From positions 93,442 to 157,441 of the forward strand of contig CAWEGU010000005.1 of NCBI GenBank assembly GCA_963808645.1: a stretch of 64,000 bases of DNA. Reading direction: 5' to 3'. The notes beneath the pieces are model-generated. The model made no database searches, was not told where the DNA came from, and was given only the letters and a program-made list of their open reading frames with translations. Made by a program: the position numbers and the translations under genes. Below are positions 63,040 to 64,000 of this stretch, one piece after another; position 1 is the first letter of the stretch, and each line of letters opens with the position of its first letter. This DNA comes from an uncultured Alphaproteobacteria bacterium. GTDB taxonomy: Bacteria > Pseudomonadota > Alphaproteobacteria > Rhizobiales > Beijerinckiaceae.

Positions 63040-63230
63040 GCGCTCATGAGAACGATCCTCGCGCGTATGGCGACCTTCTGAGCCGTGTTCCCGTCGGCGA
63101 GCAGACGCTCGAGTTCAGTGCGCGCTTTGCGTTGGAACACGATTTGCGGTTGCCTGTCCATCAGGCCGCAAATGAACCATATTCGCACCGAATCTGGATT
63201 CAAACGTTTGTGACGAGCACCGCACGACGT
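63040..63230 (-). mobile_element. IS630-family left-end remnant
   Basis: ELERLLADGNTAQKVAIRARIVLMS N-terminal HTH fragment. Confidence 0.6.
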
Positions 63231-63972
63231 CCCAGCTATGGCCTGCGATCATCAGGTCCTCGTTTGTTGGGATGACGAATGCGGAGACGCGGGGATTGGT
63301 GAGGCGGGGAGCGCCGGCCGCATTGGCGGCCGCGTCCAGGTCCACGCCGAGCCAGCTCGCGCCCTCCAGAACCCGGCGCCGGACCTCGGCCGCATGTTCG
63401 CCGATACCCGCCGTGAAAACCAGCGCATCGAGCCCGCCGAGCGCGGCGGCGAGCGAGCCCAGTTCGCGGCCGATGCGATAGACGAAAAGATCGATCGCCC
63501 GTGCCGCGCGGATCATCGTTCGCGAGCAGCGCCCGCATGTCGTCGCTGATGCAGCCGCGCCAGCGCCTCGATCGCCGCGATATTATGTGGCTGATGCAGC
63601 GGCGCAAGTGGAACGAGTTCGCGCAAACTCGCGATGACCGCCGCATCGATCAGGATGGGGGCGGCAAAACGGCTTCCGCCATGGACCAACCACCGGTGTC
63701 CCGCGGCGCCCAAATCATTTTGTGGTGAACTTTTGTTCGAGCCATTTCAGCAAGATGGAAAGCGCCGTCTCATGCGTTTCTGGCTCGCCGAGATTTGATT
63801 CTATCGGCACGTCCCCTTGGCCTACGGCCGCATGGAAACGGGCGTCATGACCAATGCCGTCGACCGCACCTTCGCAAAGCGGGGTTTCGTCGGCGGTATC
63901 TTTCGTTACGGCGTAGAGCGAGAACTTGGTGCTGGACGACCCGGCGCTGAGGACGAGGATGTTGCCGGTCAT
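63230..63972 (-). pseudogene. ackA: Second acetate kinase with a large internal deletion
   Basis: ILVLSAGSSSTKF, GHR..HGG, LAPLHQPHN, then directly ISDDMRALL, FTAGIGEH, IPTNED. Confidence 0.88.
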
Positions 63973-64000
63973 GATTTGGCCTTCTACACGCGGCGAACCA

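Overview
GC-rich alphaproteobacterial (Hyphomicrobiales-like, inferred from gene families only) accessory DNA that reads as a composite, partly decayed genomic island. At 5051-5097 lies the 3' half of a tRNA-Lys(UUU), a likely att site. It is followed by a compact phage-satellite-like module: tyrosine integrase, AlpA, Hjc-like nuclease, Prim-Pol, primase/helicase, a perfect 5x35-bp repeat (likely origin), a TerS-like gene and a full terminase large subunit, with no portal or capsid. This module is cut off at about 13.6 kb by a decayed trbBCDEJ conjugation cluster. The cargo has a low-oxygen/fermentation theme (xfp-ackA, two USPs, Hsp20, APH/AAA_33 kinase, FixL-type hybrid kinase, two FixK-type boxes) and a metal/redox theme. 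The best candidate for an unannotated system is an intact Cyc2-like fused cytochrome-porin (AVPSFARQT-CATCH-PEL, C-terminal Phe) clustered with three diheme c4 cytochromes, a putative Fe(II)-oxidation or extracellular electron-uptake module. Also present are a hemerythrin-fused P1B-5 ATPase, SmbP, a persulfide dioxygenase with two YeeE/YedE genes, a second satellite remnant, a 0.93-kb duplication, an unannotated 28-aa membrane peptide sharing a hairpin leader with the next gene, several IS scars and many pseudogenes shortened by internal deletions. No rRNA, intact tRNA or CRISPR array was seen. All family calls come from motif recognition by eye; no database search was run.
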